Below, one piece after another: positions 41,143 through 50,627 of a DNA stretch of 64,000 nucleotides. How positions within the stretch are numbered: the stretch's first letter is position 1; each line of letters opens with the position of its first letter. The notes beneath the pieces are model-generated. The model was not told where the DNA came from and did no database searches. It saw nothing but the letters and a program-made list of their open reading frames with translations. This DNA is from an uncultured virus (IMG/VR IMGVR_UViG_3300044640_001869) (lineage: Duplodnaviria; Heunggongvirae; Uroviricota; Caudoviricetes). The DNA is taken from positions 62,001 through 126,000 of the IMG/VR virus record IMGVR_UViG_3300044640_001869; one strand, given 5' to 3'. A program made the translations under genes and the position numbers.

Positions 41143-41311
41143 TTTTCTTCTTACACTGATTCAACTCAATTTGACATAAGAATGCTGACACAGCGTAGAA
41201 AAATGCCGAAAACCAACCCAATCTTTCTTCGTAACTATTACTGTTGAATAAATTATTAACACTACCTAATACCCCAATAATATACACTACCATAAAAAAC
41301 TTACCACTCAT
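41120..41311 (-). CDS. Small membrane protein
   Basis: Two TM. Confidence 0.6.
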   Translation of the reverse strand: MSGKFFMVVYIIGVLGSVNNLFNSNSYEERLGWFSAFFYAVSAFLCQIELNQCKKKNDEEESE

Positions 41312-41652
41312 ACCAATTTTTCTTTTAATATTAATAAATCATTATCATTTAAACAAACATTGAACCCATCATCCTGATAATTTAACCAATTATTATAAGG
41401 AATATCAGGAAATAAACCGAAATCTTTAGTGTTGATTAATGTATACTTACTAAATGTGAAACCAAACAATCTCTTACATAATGACATATGTTCCTCAAAT
41501 GATATACTTTTCCACCCGTTTTCAAGAATAATATCGTGAATATCGTATATTTTTTCACTTAATAACACGTTTTTATGATAAAACGTATATCTAATCTTAT
41601 ATCTCTTGTCTGATTTATCTTTAATCTTCCGTAACTGAATAACACTTTTCAT
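41308..41652 (-). CDS. Hypothetical protein
   Basis: Start moved to MKSVIQ after promoter cassette. Confidence 0.65.
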   Translation of the reverse strand: MKSVIQLRKIKDKSDKRYKIRYTFYHKNVLLSEKIYDIHDIILENGWKSISFEEHMSLCKRLFGFTFSKYTLINTKDFGLFPDIPYNNWLNYQDDGFNVCLNDNDLLILKEKLV

Positions 41653-41656
41653 AAAA

Positions 41657-41700
41657 CAAATATAATAAAAAAACCCCACTCTTTTTAGAAATGGGGTTTT
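41657..41700 (-). promoter_or_regulatory. Promoter/stem-loop cassette (TATATTTG box + hairpin)
   Basis: CAAATATAATAAAAAAACCCCA...TGGGGTTTT on + strand. Confidence 0.7.
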
Positions 41701-41721
41701 TTATTAATCTCTTTTTTAATC

Positions 41722-42120
41722 CTATTTATCAATTTTTCCATTAAATTTCATACCTCTCCACTCAACTTCGTTTGGATATTCAAAGGTATTTCCATTGTCA
41801 ATATTAATAACACTTTTTAAGAAATCACTTAACGCCTTTTGAGCTGAATCAATTTGAGCTGAATCAATTTGAACAGAATCAATATCACCCATTTGGTTAA
41901 TAATATCATTAAATGTTTCTATTGAAAATTCAGCAATTTCTGAAATATCCTTTTTTAATCCTTCTAATCTAGATTTATCATAATTTAATTTTCCGATTTT
42001 TCTTTCTTTTTCAACTCTCGGACTCAATTTACGTGCTGGCATTTCCCCTTCTTGCTCACTAATAATACGTTTAACTAACTTAGTTAAATCACGTTCCGTT
42101 AATCTTATAACTTTTTTCAT
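41722..42120 (-). CDS. Hypothetical protein, MKKVIRLTERDL leader
   Basis: 15-nt tandem repeat encoding IDS(V/A)Q x3. Confidence 0.75.
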   Translation of the reverse strand: MKKVIRLTERDLTKLVKRIISEQEGEMPARKLSPRVEKERKIGKLNYDKSRLEGLKKDISEIAEFSIETFNDIINQMGDIDSVQIDSAQIDSAQKALSDFLKSVINIDNGNTFEYPNEVEWRGMKFNGKIDK

Positions 42121-42188
42121 ATTTTTTACTTTTATTTATAAATATTAATTAATTAAAAAAAAACACCACCAATTAGAAATGGGGAATT

Positions 42189-42461
42189 TTATCTATTATT
42201 ATCGTAATACTGTTTTAGTCTATCACCAAATATTTCCATTATTTCGTTATGAACATCTTCATTAAAATACATCTCATTCTTATTACAAGAACGTCTTACG
42301 AAGGCTGTTAAAATATATTTGTAAGTATCCCATTCAAAGTCACCAGGGGGAACAAGTAATTTTTCTTCACCACTAGTTAATTTATCAACGAACTCTTTCA
42401 TACATTCATATCTTCGTCTCATATAACGACTATATTGTTCTTCTGTAATTATTATTTTCAT
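42189..42461 (-). CDS. Hypothetical protein, MKIIITEEQY leader
   Basis: Leader motif. Confidence 0.75.
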   Translation of the reverse strand: MKIIITEEQYSRYMRRRYECMKEFVDKLTSGEEKLLVPPGDFEWDTYKYILTAFVRRSCNKNEMYFNEDVHNEIMEIFGDRLKQYYDNNR

Positions 42462-42652
42462 TTTATAATTCTAAATCGTAATAATGGTTTCCCATTTATT
42501 GTGATATCACCATTGTCATTCTTACCAATAGTTTTAACAACAACCTTCTTGTTCTTAAATTTACCACCCATTAATGTATCCCCAACTTTAATATCAAGTT
42601 TAATCATTTCATTAAGTGTTTTATATTGTTCTTCTGTTATTATTATTTTCAT
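42458..42652 (-). CDS. Small basic protein, MKIIITEEQY leader
   Basis: IKVGDTLMGGKFKNKK beta-rich module. Confidence 0.75.
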   Translation of the reverse strand: MKIIITEEQYKTLNEMIKLDIKVGDTLMGGKFKNKKVVVKTIGKNDNGDITINGKPLLRFRIIK

Positions 42653-42658
42653 ATCATT

Positions 42659-42737
42659 TTAAATTATAGACTTCATACTACCCGACAAGAGTTTTGGTGT
42701 TGGTCGTGTATATTTTAAATTGTAGACCTCACCCAAC
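42659..42737 (+). repeat. Degenerate duplicated repeat at gene 3' end
   Basis: TTAAATTATAGACTTCATACTAC (42659-81) vs TTAAATTGTAGACCTCACCCAAC (42715-37). Confidence 0.6.
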
Positions 42738-43081
42738 CACTTCTTTAATACTTCCTGAGTAACAGTATAGGTAGTATCAAATTGTCGAATCGTTTTTAAC
42801 AAAATCATCAAAATCTCAACATTATTAATGTAGACTTCCTCATTTTTTCTATCGTAAACTATATAATTATCACCTTTTTTATAACGAAATAACGTCCAAT
42901 TTTTTTTTTCTTCCGACTGAACTCGTTCCAAATCATCAAAAAGGTGTAAGAAGTCCATTGGACTTTCAATCTTAAATACTTTGCAAAAATTATCCCAACC
43001 ACCTAGTAGTTCAATAGTTTTTTTAGTCCCTGATTGTTTAAGAACTTTTTCTAATTTATTTTCTGTTATAACTATTTTCAT
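42659..43081 (-). CDS. PMDFLHLFDDL-family paralog 4
   Basis: MKIVITENKL; ends WLGEVYNLK + variable tail. Confidence 0.8.
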   Translation of the reverse strand: MKIVITENKLEKVLKQSGTKKTIELLGGWDNFCKVFKIESPMDFLHLFDDLERVQSEEKKNWTLFRYKKGDNYIVYDRKNEEVYINNVEILMILLKTIRQFDTTYTVTQEVLKKWLGEVYNLKYTRPTPKLLSGSMKSII

Positions 43082-43082
43082 A

Positions 43083-43505
43083 TTATTCTATTCGGCTAAC
43101 ATTATCCCACAAATTAAATGAGTGGATTCTATTTATACCAATATCAAGTTTATAAACATCCTCCAACCACGTTTGTATTATTTCTCTCGGTTTAAAGTCA
43201 GGTGTAAACAAATTACTACTGGTAACAAAAGTCAAAATCTCTTCATTACTAATACCAATACGATTCTCATTTATGTTATATATCATAAAGTTTTTTCCCG
43301 GTCTATATCTATATAATTTAAAGTTGGAGTTTTCAGTTGATTGAAATTCTTCTAAATCATCAAATAGATGTAAGAAATCCATCGGACTCTCAATCTTAAA
43401 TACTTTACAAAAGTTCTCCCAACCACCTAGTAACTGAATTGTTTTATCAGTACCTGATTGTTTAAGAACTTTTTCTAATCTATTTTCTGTAATTACTATT
43501 TTCAT
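43083..43505 (-). CDS. PMDFLHLFDDL-family paralog 5
   Basis: MKIVITENRL; WLEDVYKL. Confidence 0.8.
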   Translation of the reverse strand: MKIVITENRLEKVLKQSGTDKTIQLLGGWENFCKVFKIESPMDFLHLFDDLEEFQSTENSNFKLYRYRPGKNFMIYNINENRIGISNEEILTFVTSSNLFTPDFKPREIIQTWLEDVYKLDIGINRIHSFNLWDNVSRIE

Positions 43506-44251
43506 ATTACTCTATCAACTCTAAGACCTGTATTTTTTTTAAACCATTTACCAAATACTTTAAGCCAAACTGAATTGTCCCCATCAATTGAAAAAATTTC
43601 TTCCATTTGATTAAACATTTTTTGGTAAATATCTAAATGAGTTCCACCATCGTAGTGTAGTTTATATTCATACGATGGAGAATCATTAACATTAAAAAGA
43701 ATTTCACCAAATCTTTTAATCTCCTCTTTATAATCGTTGGGACTCTGCCAATCATAATCAGGATAACAATTTTCATCCAAATATTGGTATATATATTTTT
43801 CAATTTCATCATAACCCAACATCTTAATAAAATTCTCAGGCCCACCAACTAAACCAATTACTTTCTTAACCCCCTTTTTATCAATCAAGGATTTAATCTT
43901 CTCAACATTATCTTTGGGTTTATCAACCATTTCATTAATTTCACCAACAAGAGTTGGGACAATCCAAGGGTTTCCAATTACTGATAATTTTTCTCGTAAA
44001 TAATTGGTGAATGTTAGAATGTCATCCTCATCCAATCTTGAATCCCCATAAACATTAATATAAACACTAAAAGTAGGACTATTTTTGATGTCAGTAACTT
44101 TTACACTATCTATTTTACTAAAAATACTAAGATACCAATTTGACGCTGAAATTTCCTCACTACGATAACGAGCTCTTAATTTAGATAATTCTCTATCAAT
44201 TATTTTTTGGAAATTATCAATTAATTTGTTTTCTGTAATTAGTATTTTCAT
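43502..44251 (-). CDS. Two-module protein, MKILITENKL leader
   Basis: EINEM junction, then GVKKVIGLVGGPENF. Confidence 0.75.
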   Translation of the reverse strand: MKILITENKLIDNFQKIIDRELSKLRARYRSEEISASNWYLSIFSKIDSVKVTDIKNSPTFSVYINVYGDSRLDEDDILTFTNYLREKLSVIGNPWIVPTLVGEINEMVDKPKDNVEKIKSLIDKKGVKKVIGLVGGPENFIKMLGYDEIEKYIYQYLDENCYPDYDWQSPNDYKEEIKRFGEILFNVNDSPSYEYKLHYDGGTHLDIYQKMFNQMEEIFSIDGDNSVWLKVFGKWFKKNTGLRVDRVI

Positions 44252-44413
44252 ATCAATAAATACTCACCAAATAATAAATCGCGGGCGGGGGGAAAACAAA
44301 AAGACGACCGAAGGTCGGACACGGTTACCGGTATATAAGATATTTTCTTCCTTTTTTATTCCCCCAAATATATAAGCATAAAAAACCCCACTCAAAAAGA
44401 ATGGGGGATTATA

Positions 44414-44719
44414 TTAACCTTCACTATTAAATAACTTATGCCATTTCTTACCTACCTCATATGGATTCTCAACATACTTGTTAAGTTCATCCATAGCTTC
44501 AGTTACACTTCTAAATGGAATCTCCTTACATCCAACACTAATAACACATCCAACACTTAAAAAACGAAGACGTATCTCGTATTCCCTAAGTAATTCCTGT
44601 TTCTTAGGTATATACTCTTTCTTCAACTCCATTTCAGGTTCTCTATCATAACCTCTTATCGGTGCCTCCGCCATCACTCCCATATCTTGTACAGGTTCGT
44701 TAACATCATATTCTCTCAT
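44414..44719 (-). CDS. Hypothetical protein
   Basis: IRLRFLSVGCVISVGCKEIPF. Confidence 0.7.
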   Translation of the reverse strand: MREYDVNEPVQDMGVMAEAPIRGYDREPEMELKKEYIPKKQELLREYEIRLRFLSVGCVISVGCKEIPFRSVTEAMDELNKYVENPYEVGKKWHKLFNSEG

Positions 44720-44798
44720 AATCTTTTTTATTTAATTATACAGAAATTAAATGATGAGGTCAAATAAAAAACCCCACCGATAAAGAAGGGGTCGTATA

Positions 44799-45143
44799 TT
44801 ATTTATTTAATCTCTGTTCCTGATGTTTCCTTGATAACTCAATTAAGTAATCCCTAACAATTTCAGGGGGAAACATCTTAAATTCCCTCAGTCTCTCAGG
44901 TCTACCATTACTTTCATAAAAGTGTAATTCGTTATCTTCCCCAACTTGGAATTTAAATACATAAAAATTTTGTAAACCAAAGTTATTACCTCGTTTACTA
45001 AAATTAAGACATCCTGTTATAACCCTTTCATCATCCCCATTTATATAACCCGGCATAGAACGGAATTCTATATTAATATCACTTCTTTCCAACCAATCAG
45101 AAAATAACGAATTGAATCTGTTTTCACTCAATATAAATCTCAT
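44799..45143 (-). CDS. Hypothetical protein, MRFILSE leader
   Basis: TATTTAT 45148-54. Confidence 0.7.
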   Translation of the reverse strand: MRFILSENRFNSLFSDWLERSDINIEFRSMPGYINGDDERVITGCLNFSKRGNNFGLQNFYVFKFQVGEDNELHFYESNGRPERLREFKMFPPEIVRDYLIELSRKHQEQRLNK

Positions 45144-45158
45144 AACAATAAATACCTA

Positions 45159-45761
45159 TTACCACAATTTAATATATACACCACCTTGATATTGAATGGA
45201 TTTATTAGGTCCCAATCCAATACCCACCGAAAATATCCTATCCTTCTTTGTCTTTAATAAAAGGGAGGGACTGAATGATGTAAACACTGTCTTATTATTT
45301 AACCCCAACTCAGAACCCAAATAAAATTGATTCTTAGGTAATTCCTTAACAATCATCTTATCATTAATCGTAATCTTATTTATATGAGAATCCCAAACTC
45401 TACTCAATATACTATTATTGGATATTGTATCAGTAACTGATACATACCCCAAACTATCCTTCAACTTTAAGGTGTCCTTATAAACAACCTTACTGTAATA
45501 ATCTTTTATAACCTGAACCGTATCTATACGACCCGGTAACTCAACGTATATTGGAATATCCCTATATATATCTTTCCCCCTCTTATAGACCGTTTGAACA
45601 GTGGGGACATATAAAGTATCCACCGTGTGTTTAATAACCTCATACGGTTTACCATCAATAGTCACAATCTTACCATCAGGTTTAACATTACAAAACCTTA
45701 AACAGAATATGGTTATAATAAGACCAACTATTATAATCAATTTTAAATCAACCTTTTTCAT
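45159..45761 (-). CDS. Membrane-anchored protein with DT-rich stalk and beta-rich C-terminus (spanin-like?)
   Basis: N-terminal TM, VDTLYV/IDTV/KDTL/TDTI, C-terminal aromatic strand; start at MKKVDLK. Confidence 0.6.
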   Translation of the reverse strand: MKKVDLKLIIIVGLIITIFCLRFCNVKPDGKIVTIDGKPYEVIKHTVDTLYVPTVQTVYKRGKDIYRDIPIYVELPGRIDTVQVIKDYYSKVVYKDTLKLKDSLGYVSVTDTISNNSILSRVWDSHINKITINDKMIVKELPKNQFYLGSELGLNNKTVFTSFSPSLLLKTKKDRIFSVGIGLGPNKSIQYQGGVYIKLW

Positions 45762-46320
45762 TTTCAATTTTCTTCGCAGCATCCAATGATGACTTATAGT
45801 CGTTTAATCGTTTTACGGTAGTAGGGTATTTTGAAACATCATATTCTTTTTTACTTGGGTCACCCATTTTTCTACCAAACCATTTACCATCTTTATTTTT
45901 ATATTCCCAAACAGTATCTTGAGGTATATTCATCCAATCATCACTATTTGGTTCTTGTTTATCACCACCTTTCATTTCCTGTTGTAATTCATAACGTATC
46001 TTACTATCAGTAGTATAAACAACACCATCTTCATCTTCAGGACAATAATTATCACCTGTTTTACAATACATCGGTGTCCCACCTTTTTCTGTAATATACT
46101 TTACCATCGCATCATTAAAACTTTTATCTAACCAATTACCATCAACAGGAATCTTGAACTCAGGATACTTTTTATTAAAAAATTCTTGTTCCTTTTTTAT
46201 TTGTTGAGATTTAGGACTTCTTAATCTCTCAGGTCCCAACTCAGGTAGGTTATTCACATTCTCTTCATATAAACCCATTATATGTTTTCTTTCTTCTTCT
46301 GTAATAATAAATTTTTTCAT
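45748..46320 (-). CDS. Hypothetical protein, MKKFIITEEE leader, possible PG-binding segment
   Basis: QEFFNKK...VDGNW; TATTTAT 46335-41. Confidence 0.65.
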   Translation of the reverse strand: MKKFIITEEERKHIMGLYEENVNNLPELGPERLRSPKSQQIKKEQEFFNKKYPEFKIPVDGNWLDKSFNDAMVKYITEKGGTPMYCKTGDNYCPEDEDGVVYTTDSKIRYELQQEMKGGDKQEPNSDDWMNIPQDTVWEYKNKDGKWFGRKMGDPSKKEYDVSKYPTTVKRLNDYKSSLDAAKKIENEKG

Positions 46321-46345
46321 ATATACTTTTTCCTATAAATACTCT

Positions 46346-46942
46346 AAAATTTTTCCAGAAATTTTTTTTCACTATTAACCCCTTTTTAGATATGTCGATT
46401 TTTTTAGGAAATTTAAACATATAACAAAAAACCCCTCCGTTGAAGGAAGGGTTTAATATCAATCAATTTCTTTAATTGATTTCTTATCTAACACATTGTC
46501 TATGTGGAGACTTAACCTTTGAGAAATTGGGGTTAGGTCTTCAATGTCTTCCTCATTATCACCAACAATATCAAATGCCGATTCAATAAATGATTTTAAA
46601 TATACACTCCACTCATCTTTTTCTTCTTGTGATAAATTAGATGGAACTTCGTGAGTCAATTTAAGTATTGCAACTTGAAGTTGTAGTTTAGCTCTTTCAA
46701 GACGAGTTTGTACTTTAGGTTTCTCACCACTAAAAAAAGAACCACCCCCAAGTAAATAATCGTCGTTATTAAATTTAATTATATCATAATCATCAGACTC
46801 ATTAATAACCCTCTTTACTATTCGAATCAAATCAGACTCAGTTAATCTTATTATTTTTTTCATATATAATTTTTTATTATAAATACACCCCCGTTTAAAT
46901 AGGAGGTCCCTTTTCCCCCAAAATTTTTCCAGAAATTTTTTT
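46346..46942 (+). repeat. 23-bp exact direct repeat pair
   Basis: AAAATTTTTCCAGAAATTTTTTT at 46346-68 and 46920-42. Confidence 0.75.
46459..46863 (-). CDS. Hypothetical protein, MKKIIRLTESDL leader
   Basis: TATTTAT 46879-85. Confidence 0.75.
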   Translation of the reverse strand: MKKIIRLTESDLIRIVKRVINESDDYDIIKFNNDDYLLGGGSFFSGEKPKVQTRLERAKLQLQVAILKLTHEVPSNLSQEEKDEWSVYLKSFIESAFDIVGDNEEDIEDLTPISQRLSLHIDNVLDKKSIKEID

Positions 46943-47319
46943 AGAGTTTTTAGTTACACGCTTTCTCAAAGGCATTATCCCCCCTTTTTGACCCCCAAAA
47001 TAGCCGGAAGGGGAGGGGGGATACGTAGGGGGGAGGGGTGTATAGGGGTATAGGGGGGTGGTAGGGAGTATATCTCCCCCTGTCTGACTGTTTAAACCAA
47101 ATTACCCCTCCCTGTCTGTAACGTTATGTATGGGGGTCAAGTCAAATAAATGATATATCCAAATAGAGTTATTAACCTGACAGTGTGTCATAGTGGAGTT
47201 ATTAACAGTGGGGATGTTGATAACTTCTTGGGGGTGACAGTGTGTCAGTTAGTAAGATGTTAATAACTATGATGGGGGAATGTAGTGCGTGGTATGATAA
47301 TAATTTGTATCTTTGATAA

Positions 47320-47500
47320 GTCAATGGTAATACCGAGACGGGTCAGGGATAGAATGAATCTCTAAGAGGGTAGACTCCAACCTGCCTTATAGTGTAGTAA
47401 GACTTGGGGGTTATAAGCAGGTTCCCTTAGAACTCCCCACACTAAGTATATAGTCCGCCCGTCTTAACTACTCCCGTAAGTGACGGTACTAAGTTACGGA
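47320..47500 (+). ncRNA. Candidate structured non-coding RNA
   Basis: TATCTTTG box 47308-15; nested stems AGACGGG/CCCGTCT, TCTAAG(A)GGG/CCCTTAGA, AACCTGC(C)TTATA/TATAAGCAGGTT. Confidence 0.5.
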
Positions 47501-47541
47501 TAATAATTGATTCCCCCACTATAAATGTTTATATTTTAACT

Positions 47542-47697
47542 ATGAAAACATTTCTTATAGTGATTGGTCTTATCTCCCTGATAATCATATCGTTCATAGT
47601 GATTGAGTATATTGTTGGGAGACTACCTGAAGACCACAGGTTTGTATTGTGGTGGAGGAGACACGTTGTTGGAGTTAGTGACGACGACCTCTTCTAA
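47542..47697 (+). CDS. Small membrane protein (51 aa, not in ORF track)
   Basis: MKTFLIVIGLISLIIISFIVIEYIV...FVLWWRRHVVG. Confidence 0.65.
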   Translation: MKTFLIVIGLISLIIISFIVIEYIVGRLPEDHRFVLWWRRHVVGVSDDDLF

Positions 47698-48005
47698 GGT
47701 AGAGTAAAGAAATTAATTAGTTGAGTCAGGGAATGAGTCCTGATTCCCATTTGGACCTCATTGAACTTCTCTGAAGACAGTGGGGTTTTCTTATGTATAT
47801 ATTCTAATACATCCCCCATATCTGAATGGGTTAATAGATATATGTTTCCTGATTGAAGTTTAGACAGTGGGGATGTCTCTGTATATACACAGGTCCCTGA
47901 ATAGTTCTCTAATGAATAGACCACTTTATATATTGGGGATTCATTTACTATCTCTATGTTGAAGTCATTTAGTATTTCCATATCATTAAATATAGTTATG
48001 AACAA
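47694..48005 (-). CDS. Hypothetical protein
   Basis: 103-aa ORF; start uncertain. Confidence 0.45.
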   Translation of the reverse strand: MFITIFNDMEILNDFNIEIVNESPIYKVVYSLENYSGTCVYTETSPLSKLQSGNIYLLTHSDMGDVLEYIHKKTPLSSEKFNEVQMGIRTHSLTQLINFFTLP

Positions 48006-48780
48006 TTAAATAGTGTATTGGTTCATATTAAATCCCCACACCCTGTTGATAACTTTTTAGTCTGACACTATGTCAGGGGGGAATTGTTAATAACTTTTTA
48101 TGTTAAAAAACTTGATTTTGTCAGAATGTCAGTCGTGTTTGACGATGGGGATAATCCTTTACCCCACGCTTGACGGGGTTTTGAGTTCCCACATCTTACC
48201 ACATTCATATAAATTTAACACTAGAAGTTTAGTTGTTGATAGTGTCAGGACCAATTTATTACCCCTGATGATAGTGTTAGAGGTAATTTATTAGGTATAT
48301 ATAAAACCCAGCGAATAAAGATAGTTATGGTGTATAGCCGGGGGACAGTCCTTTAGGACGTTATAGTATAACTTCAACGGGAACGTCAGTGGTAAAAAGT
48401 GGGACATAATAAGACCCCCGTCATTAGAGACTATATATAAAATCACTATAAGGTTTAGTAGAATAAGTTATAATATATCCTGTAGTAAGATGGGGTTTAC
48501 CCCAATATAGGAGGATAGAATAGTAACTTAAAATAAAACCACTATGAGAAGGTTTCGTTATTAAATGGATGTCATATACCTTCACGTAAGTGAAGTGTTC
48601 TTAAATCCATTGTTTAGTGGGTAAACCTGTGATAGATTACCTCATCAAAGTCTTGTCATAGAATGGGGGACAGTTATAATGGGGGGAAAATATATATAGG
48701 GTTATAGTATGAATGGATAACGTAGTGGAGTGTTAACGGAACGGGAGTTAGGAATGAATAGTGTAATCCCTATATATATT

Positions 48781-49347
48781 TTATACTAAGAACTTCTTAG
48801 GGTCATACCAAAAACAACCTACACAAGTTCCTTCATAATTTATATTACCTTGTACAACTGAAACTGAACAACCTCTTTCTTTTGCATCATATCTAATGTT
48901 AGTCTTAGAACATTTTAGACAGTCAGACCTTTTTTGTTTATTAAGACTTTCTAATAGTGGTTGGAAATCATCTATAGTTTGTTTATCTAAATTAAGTACA
49001 TCATCAGGATATCTCCCATCTTTATGGTCTACTTCTATTTTGTGTCCGTTGTTTAGTTTAAGATTAGTAATAACACAGGGTTTGTTTCTAACTTCATCCC
49101 ATATATCTTTTCTGATTCTTCTTGTTCCGTTGTTATCTTTATACCCATTGAATCTCCATTGGGTTTCGTTATCTACAATACGTTTTTCGAATATATATTT
49201 TTTAAGACCGACGTTTCTATACCAATGGTTTCCATTCTTTGGGAATAGTGTAATATATTTCCCCACGCATTCGGATTTGTTCACCCATCTTGATACACCA
49301 TTTTGGTCGGGATTAAACAGTTCTATAACTAATTCGGTATTATTCAT
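48781..49347 (-). CDS. IceA1/NlaIII-like HNH restriction endonuclease
   Basis: PDQNGVSRWV..SE.VGKY, IEVDHKDGR, DDFQPL...NKQKR..C..C, CVGCFWYDP. Confidence 0.75.
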   Translation of the reverse strand: MNNTELVIELFNPDQNGVSRWVNKSECVGKYITLFPKNGNHWYRNVGLKKYIFEKRIVDNETQWRFNGYKDNNGTRRIRKDIWDEVRNKPCVITNLKLNNGHKIEVDHKDGRYPDDVLNLDKQTIDDFQPLLESLNKQKRSDCLKCSKTNIRYDAKERGCSVSVVQGNINYEGTCVGCFWYDPKKFLV

Positions 49348-50119
49348 ATTTGTTTATTCTATCAATTGAGTATTCCACTTGTTCTTTACTAATTTCACTA
49401 CCTATATAGTTTCTGTTATTCATCTTACAGGATAAACCTGTTGTCCCCGTTCCCATAAATGGGTCATATATAATATCTTGTTCTTTTGTATATATGTTTA
49501 TTAGTTTGGTACAGAGTTCTGATGAGTATGTTGCTTTATTAAGGTTAGTTGATTCGTCATTATTTTTTGCGGTGATAAAGTTATCAATTACTTCATAGTA
49601 GTTCTGACCTTTCGGGGATGTTTTGGTAATTTGTTTATTACAGTTAAACGTTTTCACCTCATCTTTCCTGACGATAACAAAAATAAACTCTACGATTCTG
49701 TTTAATCTATTGTATGATGCTGGGTGAGGAATACTATTACTTTTCTTCCATACGATAGTATCTACCACCGTGAACGGAGTATTGTTAATGATATGTGCTA
49801 TCATTGTGTATGGTAGTGCGGGATTTTCTATTGAGTATGAGAAGTTATATAGTATAGTTCCGTTATTGATTAGGACCTTATCTATATTATTGAATATCAT
49901 TGAAGTCCACGTCAGGTATTCTTCTTCGGTTTTCCAATCAACGTATGTATCGTATCTATTTTGTTTATCTGCATATCCCCCTTTTCTTTTGGTCATATTG
50001 TATGGTGGCGACGTTATCACGCAATGAATGGATTTTGGTTCCATTCTATTCATTGTTATTATGCAGTCCTCGTTATATATTGTATTAATCATATCAGTAA
50101 TATAGTAATTATTTTCCAT
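49340..50119 (-). CDS. Beta-class N4-C/N6-A DNA methyltransferase
   Basis: TSPPY near N-terminus, DPFMGTGTT near C-terminus, IGSEI. Confidence 0.92.
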   Translation of the reverse strand: MENNYYITDMINTIYNEDCIITMNRMEPKSIHCVITSPPYNMTKRKGGYADKQNRYDTYVDWKTEEEYLTWTSMIFNNIDKVLINNGTILYNFSYSIENPALPYTMIAHIINNTPFTVVDTIVWKKSNSIPHPASYNRLNRIVEFIFVIVRKDEVKTFNCNKQITKTSPKGQNYYEVIDNFITAKNNDESTNLNKATYSSELCTKLINIYTKEQDIIYDPFMGTGTTGLSCKMNNRNYIGSEISKEQVEYSIDRINKYE

Positions 50120-50165
50120 AAATTAAATACGGAACGAATAGTGTAATCGTATATATTTATGATAT

Positions 50166-50504
50166 ATGAATAAGGAATTAGAATCTAAATCGAAAGTAAT
50201 AATTAAGTTTATTGATAAGATATATAACCCAACTAAGATTGAGGTTGATACTCTTCGTAACTATGATACAGTAGAAATTGTTATTGATGTTTTCTTTGAT
50301 GATATTGATGATAAGTATAATACTAATCCCCTCAACAATAATATTAGACGACTGAAGGAAACTAATTTTGGATTAAAGATTAGGAAAGACATACATAAAT
50401 ACTTTCGTATTATGACATCAGGTTTATCTCTTGAGGGGTTTGCACCATATAAACATCATGGGATAACTATTAAGGTTCATTTAAACATCCCTGATGAAAA
50501 TTAA
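50166..50504 (+). CDS. Hypothetical protein
   Basis: TATTTAT 50154-60 five nt before ATG. Confidence 0.7.
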   Translation: MNKELESKSKVIIKFIDKIYNPTKIEVDTLRNYDTVEIVIDVFFDDIDDKYNTNPLNNNIRRLKETNFGLKIRKDIHKYFRIMTSGLSLEGFAPYKHHGITIKVHLNIPDEN

Positions 50505-50627
50505 ATCATCGCTATGATAATATTTAGTACTATCAATCCTTTCCCAAATATCTAATTTATCATTATACTGAACATAAAATGTTTCATCAGAATATTTTGT
50601 TTTAACTAAATTAGTTTCCATACTGTA

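Larger units (their letters stand above)
46890..48780. other. Largely non-coding, origin/terminus-like region
   Basis: G/C runs, local C-to-G richness switch on + strand, TGTT(G/A)ATAA boxes, TGACA-N3-TGTCA palindromes. Confidence 0.5.
48756..50160 (+). repeat. Direct repeats flanking the restriction-modification cassette
   Basis: GAATAGTGTAATC at 48756-68 and 50136-48, each followed by TATATATTT and preceded by ACGGAACG. Confidence 0.65.

Noticed and set aside
44278..44335. GC-rich intergenic bit with GACC-GAA-GGTC hairpin (GGTCGGAC also at 38063)
   Set aside because: Too short to support a call.
48100..48294. 64-aa plus-strand ORF in the non-coding region
   Set aside because: No recognisable features or promoter motif; likely spurious.
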